NCBI GenBank assembly: GCA_965206695.1
Contig: CBDBKM010000011.1
Span: forward strand, 384,001-448,000
DNA length: 64,000 bases
Direction of reading: 5' to 3'
Source of the DNA: Chlamydiales bacterium
GTDB taxonomy: Bacteria; Chlamydiota; Chlamydiia; Chlamydiales; JAAZZY01
Both the position numbers and the translations under genes were made by a program. The stretch's first letter is position 1, and each line of letters opens with the position of its first letter. Below the pieces are notes generated by a model. The model was not told the origin of the DNA and did no database searches. It saw nothing but the letters and a program-made list of their open reading frames with translations. Below, piece after piece: positions 1 to 11,394 of the stretch.

Positions 1-2345
1 TCGCAAATCATGTTTCTAGCCAGATTAGTTGCTTGTTCGATATCATTTTTGGCTCCACTAGACATATCACCAATAAAAATTTCTTCAGCCACTCTACCAC
101 CTAACAAAACGGCTAGTTGATCATAAAGCTCTTTACGCCACCAACCTAAACGATTTTTCTCAGGTAGAAAATGAGTAGCTCCCAGTGAAAAGCCTCTAGG
201 AATAATGGTCACCTTTTCAACAGGATCTGAATGTTTAACAACTAAAGCAACAACAGCATGACCGGATTCATGATAGGCTGTCGTTCTTTTCTCCTCTTCA
301 GAAATCTCCAAACTACGTCTTTCCTTACCAAAACGCACCTTGTCACTTGCTTCTTTTGTATCTTGCATAGTAACAGCCGTACGGCCTTTTCGAGCCGCAA
401 TAAGGGCTGCTTCATTAAGCAAATTATCTAAGTCTGCTCCGGAACCACCGGCAGTGCCTCTGGCAATAGCCATTAGATCGACAGAAGGGTCTAATTTAAT
501 TTTACGAGCATGAACTTTTAAAATACCATAGCGGCCTTTTAAATCAGGAAGATCAATGACTATTCTTCTATCGAAACGGCCCGGTCTTAATAGCGCTTTA
601 TCTAAAACATCAGGGCGGTTAGTGGCAGCAATTAAAATAACCCCTTCATTGGAGTCAAAGCCATCCATCTCCACAAGTAATTGGTTTAAAGTTTGCTCTC
701 TTTCATCATGACCACCACCAATACCGGCACCACGATGTCTCCCTACAGCATCAATCTCATCAATAAAGATAATGCAAGGCGCTTGTTTTTTAGCCTGGTC
801 AAATAGATCTCTAATTCGACTCGCTCCAACTCCCACAAACATCTCAACAAAATCAGAACCTGAAATTGAAAAGAAGGGTCTATCAGCTTCACCTGCAACA
901 GCTTTAGCTATTAAGGTCTTACCTGTTCCCGGAGGACCGACACAAAGAACCCCTTTAGGAATACGACCACCCAAAGCGGTAAATTTAGTAGGATTTTTTA
1001 AGAAGTCTACAATTTCCTCTAATTCTTCAACTGCTTCATCAATACCGGCCACATCTTTGAAAGTAATCTGATTTGTCGCTTTATTTAACAATTTAGCAGG
1101 AGATTTGCCAAAATTCATAGTACCTGAGCCCATGCCCCCTTTCATTTGACGAGAAAAAATTAAATAAAGTAATAAAACAACTAAGACGACAGGAAGAATA
1201 CTGAAGAGATATCCAAAATAGTTAGGAGAAGGCTCTTCACTCTTAAATTTTCTTTCTAATACAGTATTTCGTGGTTGATCAGGAGCTTTGAATACTGCCC
1301 CTTTATTATTGGAGAAGTTTTTCCATTCCTGCTTAGCATTTGCAAACCAATGGTTAAAAACTTCAGGGTCTTGCTTTTCTAATGATCTTGTTGATAATTC
1401 CTTGTTATTGAAGAACCAAATGACATTAGCAACACTTTCTCTGATTTTATCCATCGACAGCCGGTTTTCATCAAGCTTGGATGTAACAATATTATACTGA
1501 TCGATATCATTTCGATAGGCTCTTAGGCTGCGCAATTGAATTAAGCGCATATGAGCATCCATGTGATTGAGTTCGCCGGTAATTGCTTGAAGCTCCTTTA
1601 CTATCGTGTCATAGATAGCCAATTTTTCAACGGGATTTTTATCAGATGTATTCGTCTCGTTTAACTGTTGATTTAAATGGGTTAGCTTCTGCTTCATCGA
1701 TTCACTACCAATTCCCAAAAGTGGAGAGCGATAATTTTGAATCAGACCATTTAAATCAGTACCAAACGAAGCAACCGAAGCTTCTACCGGTTTTGAATTT
1801 AAAGATGCGAGTCGAGATTCTAAGCTTTTAATACTAATGACTTCACGATCAGATAATTTTTTGATAATAATACGATTATTCCTTTCGGGAGTATCGTATA
1901 TCCCACCTATAACAGTATAGCCGGAAGCCGGGATAGCAATAGCACTTAAATGCAGAAACCAATCAGCTGCATCTTTAACTCGCTTATCTTGAACAACTAA
2001 TTCTTGTTGAAGTTGATCTTTAGATCGCGCCAACTCATGATTTTTATTTAAAAGTTCCAGAAATTGAAACCTTTTTTTCCCTTCATCAGTCTCAGCATTT
2101 CGGAAACGCCCACTAAAACTAACTAAATTATCATTCAGAGCTGTTTTCCTATTCTCATCCTCTTGGACCAGATCAAGATTCACCAAATGTTCAAGCTGAT
2201 GGCTGAAAGATACTTTCCCCATCTTTTGATTAGTGAAGTTCTGGACTAAAAATACAATTAGTACTGCTGCTAAAAGAAACAGGAAGAAACTTCCGGGGAA
2301 ACCTTTTTTAGGCGTATTGGATTTAAATTTATTATCATCAGCCAT
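1..2345 (-). CDS. ftsH: ATP-dependent zinc metalloprotease FtsH (3' end runs off window)
   Basis: Manual minus-strand translation from ATG at 2345 ([10 protein letters not shown]...): N-terminal TM segment, long periplasmic region, Walker A GPPGTGKT (~915-938), [11 protein letters not shown] and zinc motif HESGH (~258-272). Absent from the ORF track because there is no stop in the window. Confidence 0.96.
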   Translation of the reverse strand, partial: MADDNKFKSNTPKKGFPGSFFLFLLAAVLIVFLVQNFTNQKMGKVSFSHQLEHLVNLDLVQEDENRKTALNDNLVSFSGRFRNAETDEGKKRFQFLELLNKNHELARSKDQLQQELVVQDKRVKDAADWFLHLSAIAIPASGYTVIGGIYDTPERNNRIIIKKLSDREVISIKSLESRLASLNSKPVEASVASFGTDLNGLIQNYRSPLLGIGSESMKQKLTHLNQQLNETNTSDKNPVEKLAIYDTIVKELQAITGELNHMDAHMRLIQLRSLRAYRNDIDQYNIVTSKLDENRLSMDKIRESVANVIWFFNNKELSTRSLEKQDPEVFNHWFANAKQEWKNFSNNKGAVFKAPDQPRNTVLERKFKSEEPSPNYFGYLFSILPVVLVVLLLYLIFSRQMKGGMGSGTMNFGKSPAKLLNKATNQITFKDVAGIDEAVEELEEIVDFLKNPTKFTALGGRIPKGVLCVGPPGTGKTLIAKAVAGEADRPFFSISGSDFVEMFVGVGASRIRDLFDQAKKQAPCIIFIDEIDAVGRHRGAGIGGGHDEREQTLNQLLVEMDGFDSNEGVILIAATNRPDVLDKALLRPGRFDRRIVIDLPDLKGRYGILKVHARKIKLDPSVDLMAIARGTAGGSGADLDNLLNEAALIAARKGRTAVTMQDTKEASDKVRFGKERRSLEISEEEKRTTAYHESGHAVVALVVKHSDPVEKVTIIPRGFSLGATHFLPEKNRLGWWRKELYDQLAVLLGGRVAEEIFIGDMSSGAKNDIEQATNLARNMIC

Positions 2346-2610
2346 AGTTTATGCGCATCCACTTAAATATTTGGTTGTTATAGAAATAACCGTTTAATGA
2401 TTTGATCCCTTCTTCTTTGTTGCTATCTTCCAAATAATCATTATAGTCAAGCTTGTAAGCACTTTTTTGATTAAATAAGCAGCTTTAAAAAAAAGACCGT
2501 TTGAACTATTCATAAATAGTAAATAAAGAATTTATTGTTGTTCCGGGCTATCATGCATGTACATGACATTATGTCAGATTAATTAATTCATTTTCAACAA
2601 CTTCTTTGCT

Positions 2611-3945
2611 TTATTTTTTCTGAAATATGATCTTCATTTGAATCATTTTTGTACTTGCCGGTATTGTTACTTTTCCTGTTAAAAATTCATGTTTCAACAC
2701 ATTTTCTTTGAATAAAACAGGAGCTAAATTCCTAAAATAAGCAGGGATTTTATGCTTTGTCCACCAGTTACTAAGTGACTGTTTTGGTGTATACTTACTT
2801 TCAAGAATCGGTTTTCTTAAAATATAAGAATCAAATGGAATAACAGCTGTAAAAGTACCTGTAAATAGGTTTTCCCAATTATCGCTATAAGAAATGCTAT
2901 CTTCGATTTCTTCTGCCAATATCTTCCATGGGCCAAAATTTGTTTCTCCCCTTTTTAAAGAGAAACAGGCTTCAGGAAGTATCGGCAAAGAATTTGAGAA
3001 AATAAACAGACGTCCTCTATCAACATAAAAAAGATGATTATACAAAATAAACTTTTTATTAGCTAACTTCAAACTAAGATATATAGCCAGCGTTTTCAGT
3101 TGATCTTTTTTTGGCTGAATATGTTGCTCTATACAGATTTTTCTTAGTAGATAGGTTAATTCTATAAGTGATGATTGATCTTTTTCTAAATTTAAATATA
3201 AACCAAAGGGTCCTTCATACATATCCTTCGTTTTATCGGCTATTTGTATATCCATATATTCTTTAAGTTCAAATGAGGAGTTGGAGAGTTTTGTAAGATT
3301 CGCTTTGATTTTTTTCCCAAAGACCTCCTCAAGATATGGGAAAATTGTCTTCCTCATACGTGCACGTAAAAAATAGGTATCTTCATTAGTTGAGTCATAA
3401 AGAGGTATAAGATTTTTACTATCCAGATACGAGAGCAATATCTTTTTTGAAATGCCAAGAAAGGGCCGCCATACTATCATTTGTTTGTGTTTACGTATTT
3501 CAGATATCCCCCCTAAACAAGTGATATCAGCCCCTTCAAAAATTCGTTTCAAAACAGTCTCTGCTAAATCATCTTCGTGATGACCGGTTAAAAGTGCTTG
3601 AAATTCATGTTTTTCATATAATAAAAGAAAAAAATCATATCTCTTTTGCCGGTACCAATCTTCTTTATTCTTTATTGGTTTTGTATCTGATAGGCGTAAA
3701 AGATGAAAAGGAAGTTTTAAAGCTTCGATTGTATCCTTAATGCCATTAGTTTCTTGACCACTCTCGGATCTCCAATTATGATCAACATGAGCCACATGAA
3801 GATCTAATCGGAACTCTGATTGTATAGCCAGCAAAGCATATAATAGAGCTAAAGAATCCGGTCCCCCGGAAAAAGCTAAGAGAATAGGTCCTTTGCATTG
3901 AAGATTTTTATTAAAAAAAGTTTTAAGTGTCTTTTCTACTAACAT
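2611..3945 (-). CDS. tilS: tRNA(Ile)-lysidine synthetase
   Basis: SGGPDS PP-loop, HVDHNWR, GHHEDDLAETVL and RP motifs; adjacent to ftsH. Confidence 0.95.
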   Translation of the reverse strand: MLVEKTLKTFFNKNLQCKGPILLAFSGGPDSLALLYALLAIQSEFRLDLHVAHVDHNWRSESGQETNGIKDTIEALKLPFHLLRLSDTKPIKNKEDWYRQKRYDFFLLLYEKHEFQALLTGHHEDDLAETVLKRIFEGADITCLGGISEIRKHKQMIVWRPFLGISKKILLSYLDSKNLIPLYDSTNEDTYFLRARMRKTIFPYLEEVFGKKIKANLTKLSNSSFELKEYMDIQIADKTKDMYEGPFGLYLNLEKDQSSLIELTYLLRKICIEQHIQPKKDQLKTLAIYLSLKLANKKFILYNHLFYVDRGRLFIFSNSLPILPEACFSLKRGETNFGPWKILAEEIEDSISYSDNWENLFTGTFTAVIPFDSYILRKPILESKYTPKQSLSNWWTKHKIPAYFRNLAPVLFKENVLKHEFLTGKVTIPASTKMIQMKIIFQKK

Positions 3946-4073
3946 CGTTTTTCTTGATTTTAAGGAAGAATTATAAGGGAATATGACCTCTCTTTACAAG
4001 TTAATTTGCTTTTCTATTTTGCGTTTTCGGCCTTAAGAAGTATAATACCAAAGTATCAATAGTAGACCGGTGG

Positions 4074-5222
4074 ATGATGCCTATAATTTGGCGATATTTA
4101 TTAAAACAATATCTTAAAGTTTTCCTCTTAACGACCTGTTCTTTTGTGGCGGTGCTGTTAGTCACTCGACTAAAAGAAATCGCACGCTTTGCTTCATTAG
4201 GCCCTGAATTGCGTTATGTTTTACTTTTTGTGTTTTATCTTATCCCATATATTCTACCCATTGCTATTCCTATCTCTTGCCTCTTGGCCGGAATTCTATT
4301 ATTCCAACGCTTATCTCATACCCATGAACTGACCGCATTGCGAAGTTGTGGTTTTAGTTTAAGACAAATTACCTTCCCTGTGTTAATGACGGCAGCTTTT
4401 CTTGCTCTTATTAATCTGTATATTGTCTCAGAACTTACGACTTATTCACATTTATCTTCTCGTCGTCTGATGCACCAAATATCTACCATTAATCCCCTTT
4501 TCTTACTTCAAAATACTCAGATGCTGAAAATGCGAGAAATTTATGTTCAAACAGGAAATCTGGAGAACGGAAAAATAGTAGACGATTTAATTATTGTAGC
4601 TCGAGATGAGAATAATAACCGTTTAAATTTAATGAGCACAAAAAAAATGGTACTGGTAGATAAAATTTTAGAAGGTAATGATATCAATATCATTTCTAAT
4701 ATTAAAACTACCGAACCTCATGAATTCGATAATCTAATCATTGAAAATCAAGATGTAATGTTGACTAGCGCTAGAGATTTAGCCGGATTAATGAAAAAAA
4801 GTGGCTGGCGCATCAATAATGATTATTTTCAACTATCTCAATTACTTGTTCGCACAAAAGAATTATATCAACAATTTAGAGAACAACGTTTATTGGATAC
4901 CGATTCCGGTAAAATTCGTGGATTGAAACAACAACTTAATCGTTGTTTTTCTGAAATTACCAGACGAATATCAAGCGCTATGGCAACGTTTACCTTTACT
5001 TTTTTGGGTGTCAGTTTCGGAATGGAAATTAGTAGAAACCGGCGTAAGCAAGGGCTTATCTTTGTTATTATACTTCCTGCTGTTGCTCTGGCTTCTTTTT
5101 TTGCCGCTAAAAGCATGGAACAACATTTTTTTAGAGCAACAATGCTCTATATTATCCCACACTTTATTATGATAGGATTTGCTATATGGGGCCTTTCTCG
5201 AGTATCCAAGGGAATCGAATAA
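4074..5222 (+). CDS. lptF: LptF/LptG (YjgP/YjgQ) family permease
   Basis: IWRYLLKQYL start, ELTALRSCGFS motif, 3+3 TM layout, tandem with a paralog. Confidence 0.85.
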   Translation: MMPIIWRYLLKQYLKVFLLTTCSFVAVLLVTRLKEIARFASLGPELRYVLLFVFYLIPYILPIAIPISCLLAGILLFQRLSHTHELTALRSCGFSLRQITFPVLMTAAFLALINLYIVSELTTYSHLSSRRLMHQISTINPLFLLQNTQMLKMREIYVQTGNLENGKIVDDLIIVARDENNNRLNLMSTKKMVLVDKILEGNDINIISNIKTTEPHEFDNLIIENQDVMLTSARDLAGLMKKSGWRINNDYFQLSQLLVRTKELYQQFREQRLLDTDSGKIRGLKQQLNRCFSEITRRISSAMATFTFTFLGVSFGMEISRNRRKQGLIFVIILPAVALASFFAAKSMEQHFFRATMLYIIPHFIMIGFAIWGLSRVSKGIE

Positions 5223-6292
5223 AAACAAGTAAAATTTGGCAACGTTATATTCTGATCGAATGCCTTAAAGTCTTCGTTTTATTCTTAGGTTGTTTCTACT
5301 TTCTCTACGTTTTAATTGACTATTCTATTCACGCCAACATGCTTAGTAAAGCTCCTATTTCTATAATCGCTATCCATTATCTTTGCCATTTTGCTAAACG
5401 GGCTGATATTTTAATCCCTTTTGCTCTTCTTCTAAGTACTGTGAAAGTTTTATGTAACATGAATTCTAATAATGAGCTTGTTGCCATGTTGGCCGGCGGC
5501 ATTCCTCTGAAATTCCTTGTTCGTCCCCTTATTGCCTTTAGTATTTTTCTCTCTCTTGTGCTTATATTAAATTCTGAGACTTTAGAGCCCCTGGCTTCAA
5601 CAAGTCTCGATAAAATTGAAGATGAATATTTTCATAATCGAACAAGGCAGATGACTAAGCGTCCTGTGAACACTCTGCCTTTAGATGATCATACAACCCT
5701 TGTTTTTCAATCTTATGATCCAATAGAAAAAGCTCTTTTTGATGTCTTTTGGATTCGAGATCCGGAGAATATCTATTATATCAAATACCTTTATCCTTAT
5801 GAACTTCCCCCATTAGGACGCCAAGTAGATTTCATTCAACGTAATGATCTGGGACAATTTGAGCGAAAACAATCATTCTCTCAAAAAAGACTACATGACA
5901 TGCGTATTCAATTTCAATCTCTCTTCAAAACAGTGGTCCCTGTAAGAAATAAATCTATCTCCTTTCTTTTTCAAGATTTGAATTCAAAATCTCACTTTGA
6001 AGGAGCTTTTAGAGCTGAATACCTTACTGCCTTAAATTATAAACTCTGTATGCCACTTCTACCGATTTTAGTCGTTATTGGCTGCGCTCCTTTCTGCACT
6101 CGTTTTGCAAGGCATATACCGATTTTCATTATCTATAGCTTAAGTATTGTCGGCCTACTAGCTTATTTTACCCTGATGAATGCAGCATACATTTTAGGTG
6201 AGAATCAGGTTATTTCAGCATATGTAACTATATGGATTCCTTTCCTCTTATGCTTCGGCTTTTTCTTTTATAAATATTTACGAATAGACTAA
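5186..6292 (+). CDS. lptG: LptF/LptG family permease (true start uncertain)
   Basis: IWQRYILIE and NNELVAMLAGGI motifs; second gene of the pair. Confidence 0.8.
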   Translation: MGPFSSIQGNRIKTSKIWQRYILIECLKVFVLFLGCFYFLYVLIDYSIHANMLSKAPISIIAIHYLCHFAKRADILIPFALLLSTVKVLCNMNSNNELVAMLAGGIPLKFLVRPLIAFSIFLSLVLILNSETLEPLASTSLDKIEDEYFHNRTRQMTKRPVNTLPLDDHTTLVFQSYDPIEKALFDVFWIRDPENIYYIKYLYPYELPPLGRQVDFIQRNDLGQFERKQSFSQKRLHDMRIQFQSLFKTVVPVRNKSISFLFQDLNSKSHFEGAFRAEYLTALNYKLCMPLLPILVVIGCAPFCTRFARHIPIFIIYSLSIVGLLAYFTLMNAAYILGENQVISAYVTIWIPFLLCFGFFFYKYLRID

Positions 6293-6300
6293 AGCTATTA

Positions 6301-7278
6301 TCATGTCGATAACTTCTGAAAAACGGATAAAACTCTTGGAACCGTAATAAATGTTTTCCAATAACGATCTCTTAAACGGCAACCTGCGATATTAAAAAGA
6401 AAAGACGGCGGTGCTAAAACTGCTACATCTCTAAAATCGGGTCGCCATAAGCGACTCATCCGACGATGCCAAAAAATAGATAATGTCGGAATATTTAAAG
6501 AAGCCGATATATGACCTAATGCTGAATCATTACCAATTAAATATCCTGATTGATAGATCAATTTAATTAATCCCACTAAATCAGGTGCTACATAATCATA
6601 ATTGAATAATAAGGGTTTTAGTTCTTCTTCTTCAAAAGAGCTGATAACAAATAAAGGTTGAAAACCGCTTTTTTTTAGACCGTCAAAAACCATTAGAAAC
6701 TTATCGAAACACCACCGCTTCTTCTGCTGCCCGGCAGTAGGATGGATCAACACACGATTTCTTTTGTTTTTAAAATTTAAGCATGCGAGAGGTGTCATCC
6801 CATTCCGGGAGGTATAGATAGAAAGCCCAAAAATTTCCTTAGATAATTTAAGGCAGTTTTGAACCATGCTAATTTTGGGGTCCAACTTTACATGTGATGC
6901 TTTTGAAGGCTTACTCAAAGTGGGGATAATAACAAATAACTTATCCTGTTTTGCCTTCTCTTCATATTTTAATAATTTCTTTTGGAGTGGCGTTGAGTCA
7001 AAAAATAAAAAAATCTTATCATACTGATGGTAAAAAGTTTCATGATCTGTAACCTCCTCATCACTTTGAATAGCCAAATGGGGGAACCATTCTTTTATTA
7101 GAATTAATTTAGGATGAAAAAAATTACATTCAATCCCATTAAGATAAAAGTTATGAGATAAGATAAGACTAACAATTCCATCTCCAATGGGATGGCTACA
7201 GATGATAGCAACTTTTTTCCCCTGAAATGAAGGGAGAAGAGGTGTTTCAATTTTTTTTCTTAAATCGTATAGCAGCAT
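6301..7278 (-). CDS. Glycosyltransferase family 9 (heptosyltransferase-like)
   Basis: IGD near the N-terminus, IHPTAG..KRW and IGNDSALGHISASLNIPTLSIF motifs typical of GT9. Confidence 0.85.
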   Translation of the reverse strand: MLLYDLRKKIETPLLPSFQGKKVAIICSHPIGDGIVSLILSHNFYLNGIECNFFHPKLILIKEWFPHLAIQSDEEVTDHETFYHQYDKIFLFFDSTPLQKKLLKYEEKAKQDKLFVIIPTLSKPSKASHVKLDPKISMVQNCLKLSKEIFGLSIYTSRNGMTPLACLNFKNKRNRVLIHPTAGQQKKRWCFDKFLMVFDGLKKSGFQPLFVISSFEEEELKPLLFNYDYVAPDLVGLIKLIYQSGYLIGNDSALGHISASLNIPTLSIFWHRRMSRLWRPDFRDVAVLAPPSFLFNIAGCRLRDRYWKTFITVPRVLSVFQKLST

Positions 7279-7512
7279 TTATGGATGACATCCATGAGAA
7301 CCATCACAATAAGGCATAGTTGAAGACTCATAACACCCACAAATTGAAACAGTTTTATCCTCGTCAAAAGTAACACGATAAGGCTCAAACCCTTCCCCTT
7401 TATGACTACCGTCACACAAAGGAGCCTTTGAAGTCATACGACATGAGCAAAAGGACATTTTCTCTCTTTTTTTCACTTGCATCTTAATGACATTCTCATG
7501 ATTTTTATCCAT
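7279..7512 (-). CDS. CDGSH iron-sulfur domain protein (two domains)
   Basis: Two CxC...P(L/Y)CDGSH motifs. Confidence 0.93.
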   Translation of the reverse strand: MDKNHENVIKMQVKKREKMSFCSCRMTSKAPLCDGSHKGEGFEPYRVTFDEDKTVSICGCYESSTMPYCDGSHGCHP

Positions 7513-7558
7513 AGTACCCTCATTATAATTGTGCGTTCTTGAAGTGCCATAGTTAAAA

Positions 7559-7675
7559 AGACCTCTGCATAACTTACATTTTTAATCACAATCGAACCTT
7601 CAGATGTAAGTTAAAGACATTATAAATATATTTTTGACAAATCGACGACTAAATCAATAAGTTATACAGAGGTCT
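7559..7675. mobile_element. 117-bp MITE-like element, AGACCTCTGCATAAC terminal family
   Basis: TIR agacctctgcataactta (7559-7576) / taagttatacagaggtct (7658-7675), one mismatch. Confidence 0.7.
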
Positions 7676-7693
7676 TTTAAATAAGTTAGCATA

Positions 7694-8165
7694 TACTATT
7701 CGCAGATGAAGGGTACACAAAAAAGTATAAATATGATATTAATTTTGTATAAACCAATTAACTCCAAATCAAAGAAGCACTTTTGAATGTCGGGTACAAA
7801 AGACCCGTAATATCAATGAATGTAATCGTTTGTGTGTGCTTCTTGTACGAGATGACGGTTGGAACCTGATCTCGTTGCTCATGTTCTGCGCTTAAACCGG
7901 TCGGGTATTTATGAGTATTTGATGGAATTTCAATCAGAACATCCTGATTATCACGCCCAAACTGTATGTAGGTGGATCCAAAAAGAAGTTAAGAAAACGA
8001 TTAAGATCACAAAATAAGTAAGCTGAAATGCCTATTATTGAAGCTTTACGACTTGAGGATATGACAATCAGGTCAAAAGAATACTCTACGATTGAAGGAA
8101 GTGAGGTCATTGACTTTTTAAGAAGGATTAGAAAAGCATTTACAGGCTTCCAATGTGAATGAGTA
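7694..8165 (+). pseudogene. Internally deleted IS630-family element
   Basis: Ends TA|tactattcgcagatgaag and cttccaatgtgaatgagta|TA. Fragmentary frames NRLCVLLVRDDGW and ALRLEDMTIRSKEYSTIEGSEVIDFLRRI resemble IS630 transposase segments. Confidence 0.55.
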
Positions 8166-8167
8166 TA

Positions 8168-8275
8168 TACCGAAAGGCAGCCGGTAATTTAAGCCTTTGG
8201 AGATCATGTTAAGCTAACGCTTGTCAGCAATGGTCGTTGCATGAGGAATCCCTCCCCTTTAGAGGGCACTGTCAA
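8168..8275 (+). ncRNA. IS200/IS605 TnpB right end / omegaRNA-like module (short form)
   Basis: taccg..ggcagccggtaatttaagcctttggagatcatgtt...gaatccctcccctttag...ctgTCAA; homologous to the module behind the tnpB remnants at 23848 and 36814. Confidence 0.7.
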
Positions 8276-8289
8276 GGAATCTAAAAACA

Positions 8290-8766
8290 TTATCTCTTTT
8301 TTGATAAACGTTCTTTTCGACGCATGTCAGCTTCCTCATAACGCCTTTTTTCATCCTCAGTTTGAGGTATTATAGGTGCTACAGCGGTAGGTTTATTATT
8401 ATCATCTAAGGCAACAAAAGTAAAAAACGCTGAAACAACGCGTTTTTCTTTCCCTGTCTTAAAATTCTGAGCCATGACTTTTATGCCAATTTCCATAGAA
8501 GTTCCCCATGCTCTATTGACAGAAGCTTTAAATATCAAAACCTCACCTCTTAGAGTAGGTTCTCTAAATCTCATAGAATCGACTAAGATCGTGGAACATA
8601 CCCGTTCGCTATGTCGCTTGGCAGACGTTGCAGCAACTCTATCCGCCATTTCCATGATTCTTCCACCAAAAGCAGTATTATTTGAGTTTAAATCATTTGG
8701 AAATATTTCATAACTTTGATCATGAATTGCCGAAGCAGCAACAGGTTTTCCCTTCTTTATATTCAT
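8290..8766 (-). CDS. Acyl-CoA thioesterase (YciA-like hotdog fold)
   Basis: FPNDLNSNNTAFGG, TSMEIG and FTFVALD motifs. Confidence 0.92.
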   Translation of the reverse strand: MNIKKGKPVAASAIHDQSYEIFPNDLNSNNTAFGGRIMEMADRVAATSAKRHSERVCSTILVDSMRFREPTLRGEVLIFKASVNRAWGTSMEIGIKVMAQNFKTGKEKRVVSAFFTFVALDDNNKPTAVAPIIPQTEDEKRRYEEADMRRKERLSKKR

Positions 8767-8873
8767 TATCCGCCTCCCCTTTTGAAGTTATAAATAATAA
8801 ACTTACGCAATCAAAGCAAGGAAAGACCTTATAAATCCTATCTCATATAAAGTCAGACACTTAGAAACTAATG

Positions 8874-10082
8874 TTATTTTAAAACAGTAAGAACTTTTAG
8901 AAGTTCATCGATAAATTGATCGACTTCTTGCTTTGTATTAAACAAGGAAAAAGAAATCCTAGCCGTAGTTGATACGTGATATCTTTGCATAGTTGGTTGA
9001 GCACAATGATGACCGGTTCTCATAGCAATTCCTTTTAAGTCCAGCAATGTTCCAAGATCCAAAGGATGAGTACCGTCCACGACAAAACTGATGATACCTA
9101 CCTTGTTTGATGCTTGTCCAATAATACGAAGGCCCTCTATCGCAACCATTTTTTTAGTCGCATATAAAAGCAATTCCTGTTCCCAATCAGAAATAGGTGA
9201 CAAACCAATATTGGTAAGATATGCAATCGCTGATCCAAGACCTAAAATACCTGCTATATTGGGAGTGCCCGCTTCAAACTTCATGGGTAAATGGGCATAA
9301 GTTGTTTTATTAAAAGAAACCGATTCAACCATGTCTCCTCCTCCATGAAAAGGAGGCATTTTTTCTAATAATTTTTCTTTCCCATAAAGTATTCCGGTTC
9401 CGGTAGGCCCCATTAGTTTATGGCCTGAAAACACATAAAAATCTGCATCTAAATCTTGAACATCAACCACAGAATGGGCTGCACCCTGCGCTCCATCAAT
9501 GATAACATGCGCTCCGGCACGATGGGCCATTCGAATCATTTCTTTAATGGGGTGGACGGTTCCAATAGAATTGGAAATATGAGCAATACTAACTAAGGCG
9601 ACCTTATCAGTTAAAAGCTTTTTATACTCATCTAGCAATAATTCCCCTTTATCGTTAACAGGGATTACTTTTAATGTAACATGCTTTCTATCTTGAAGTA
9701 ATTGCCAGGGAATAATATTTGAATGATGCTCTAATTCAGAGAGAATAATCTCATCACCATCTTTAATAAAAGCATCAGAAAAGCTATATGCCAAAAGATT
9801 TATCGATTCTGTTGTCCCCTTAGTAAAAATAATCTCTTCATCTTTTTTCGCATTAATAAAATTTTTAATGCAGGAACGCACCTTGTTATAGGCTTCAGTA
9901 GCTTTAACAGATAAAGAATAAACAGCTCGATGAACGGTACCATAAGAATGACTATAATAATCTGTAACCGTATCGATAACAGTTTGAGGCTTGAGGGCTG
10001 TCGCGGCTGAATCAAGATAAATAAGCGGATTCCCATTGACTTTTTGTCTAAGCATAGGAAAATCTTTTCGATACTGTTGCAT
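8874..10082 (-). CDS. sufS: Cysteine desulfurase SufS
   Basis: YLDSAAT, SGHK (PLP lysine), RTGHHCAQP; in the suf operon. Confidence 0.96.
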   Translation of the reverse strand: MQQYRKDFPMLRQKVNGNPLIYLDSAATALKPQTVIDTVTDYYSHSYGTVHRAVYSLSVKATEAYNKVRSCIKNFINAKKDEEIIFTKGTTESINLLAYSFSDAFIKDGDEIILSELEHHSNIIPWQLLQDRKHVTLKVIPVNDKGELLLDEYKKLLTDKVALVSIAHISNSIGTVHPIKEMIRMAHRAGAHVIIDGAQGAAHSVVDVQDLDADFYVFSGHKLMGPTGTGILYGKEKLLEKMPPFHGGGDMVESVSFNKTTYAHLPMKFEAGTPNIAGILGLGSAIAYLTNIGLSPISDWEQELLLYATKKMVAIEGLRIIGQASNKVGIISFVVDGTHPLDLGTLLDLKGIAMRTGHHCAQPTMQRYHVSTTARISFSLFNTKQEVDQFIDELLKVLTVLK

Positions 10083-10104
10083 AGTACCTTCTTAATTTAA
10101 AAGA

Positions 10105-11394
10105 CTAATGGTTAATTAATAACTTCATTATCATATTTTTTGCTGAAGTGATACCAATTTTATCAAGCACTTCTTGCACGAATGCTTTTATTAAAAGCTT
10201 CTTAGCCTGTTGTTCTGATAACCCTCTTGTTCTTAAATAAAATAGAGGTTCAGAATCAAGCTTACCCACAGTTGCTCCATGTGACGCTTTTACATCATCA
10301 GCGAAAATCTCTAAATTTGGCTTGCTATCCGCTTTTGCTTGATCACTTAACACCAAATTATTATTTAATTGATATGCATTGGTTTTTAGTGCAGTAGGAT
10401 GAACATAAACCTTCCCTTCAAAGCTGGAATGACTCTGATCGTATAAGATGCCTTTATAAAGTTGCCTTGATTCACAATGTGGTGCACGATGATCCATATG
10501 TACATAATGATGAGCTTGATTTTTCTTCTTTAAAATCCAAGTACCTAAAACCTCTGCAGAAGCATTTTCTTCTGTCAAAGCAATATAAGCATCGCTACGA
10601 TAGGTTGAACAACCATTCGTAACGACAATATTTTTAAAATTAGCATCTCTTTTTAATGAAGCTCGAATGATATCGAACTGCCAATTATCTGAATATGGAT
10701 TGGCTGAATTGATAAACTCTACATTGGTATTAGATTCTAAAACAAAGTCATAATAGGCATTCTTCCAGAAGCTACCCATTGAATCTGAGTGCAGGGTTGA
10801 GACCAATTTTACAGAAGAATGTTTACTTGCAAAAAGATGAATTCTTGGCATGATCCGGATATTATGAGAACCCACAATATTAAGAATTTGGATGGGATTG
10901 TTAATCATTAGATTAGGTGGTAAATATAAAAATACTCCGCCTGTATGTATCGCTCCATTTAATAATGCAAAGGGATTCGTCTCCCCTTTTAAAGACCGGT
11001 TCCAGTGATTCTGAATAAAAGCTCCATAGGTCCTAAGAGAAGAAGAAAGATTAGCGATAATGAATTCTTTAGGTAATGCTGATGTATCACTAAGATCATC
11101 TCTAAATTCACCATTCGCAAACACCAAGTGAGAATGCGTACAATCAGGTAATATATCATTCTGAATATCATCTTTAAGGATATCCATTCTCTTAGCTATA
11201 TTATAATCCACATTGTACAATTGATTTAACCGTATGTATTGAAAAGCCTCATGCTTTTTTTGCGGTAGGCCTAAAGAGGTAAATCCTTCCCAAGATTGTT
11301 TTCTCATCTGATAAAATGGATCAGATTTAGAAAACCCGTTAAAATAGGTTTCTTGTCTTTGTTGGAATTCGGTTTCTAAATTTAGCGAAAGCAT
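10105..11394 (-). CDS. sufD: Fe-S cluster assembly protein SufD
   Basis: KPNLEIFADDVKASHGATVG and FYLRTRG; likely start ATG at 11394 overlaps the sufC stop (TAATG). Confidence 0.93.
   Translation of the reverse strand: MLSLNLETEFQQRQETYFNGFSKSDPFYQMRKQSWEGFTSLGLPQKKHEAFQYIRLNQLYNVDYNIAKRMDILKDDIQNDILPDCTHSHLVFANGEFRDDLSDTSALPKEFIIANLSSSLRTYGAFIQNHWNRSLKGETNPFALLNGAIHTGGVFLYLPPNLMINNPIQILNIVGSHNIRIMPRIHLFASKHSSVKLVSTLHSDSMGSFWKNAYYDFVLESNTNVEFINSANPYSDNWQFDIIRASLKRDANFKNIVVTNGCSTYRSDAYIALTEENASAEVLGTWILKKKNQAHHYVHMDHRAPHCESRQLYKGILYDQSHSSFEGKVYVHPTALKTNAYQLNNNLVLSDQAKADSKPNLEIFADDVKASHGATVGKLDSEPLFYLRTRGLSEQQAKKLLIKAFVQEVLDKIGITSAKNMIMKLLINH

Noticed and set aside
772..1071. Plus-strand ORFs at 772, 1288 and 1646
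   Set aside because: Antisense shadows of ftsH.
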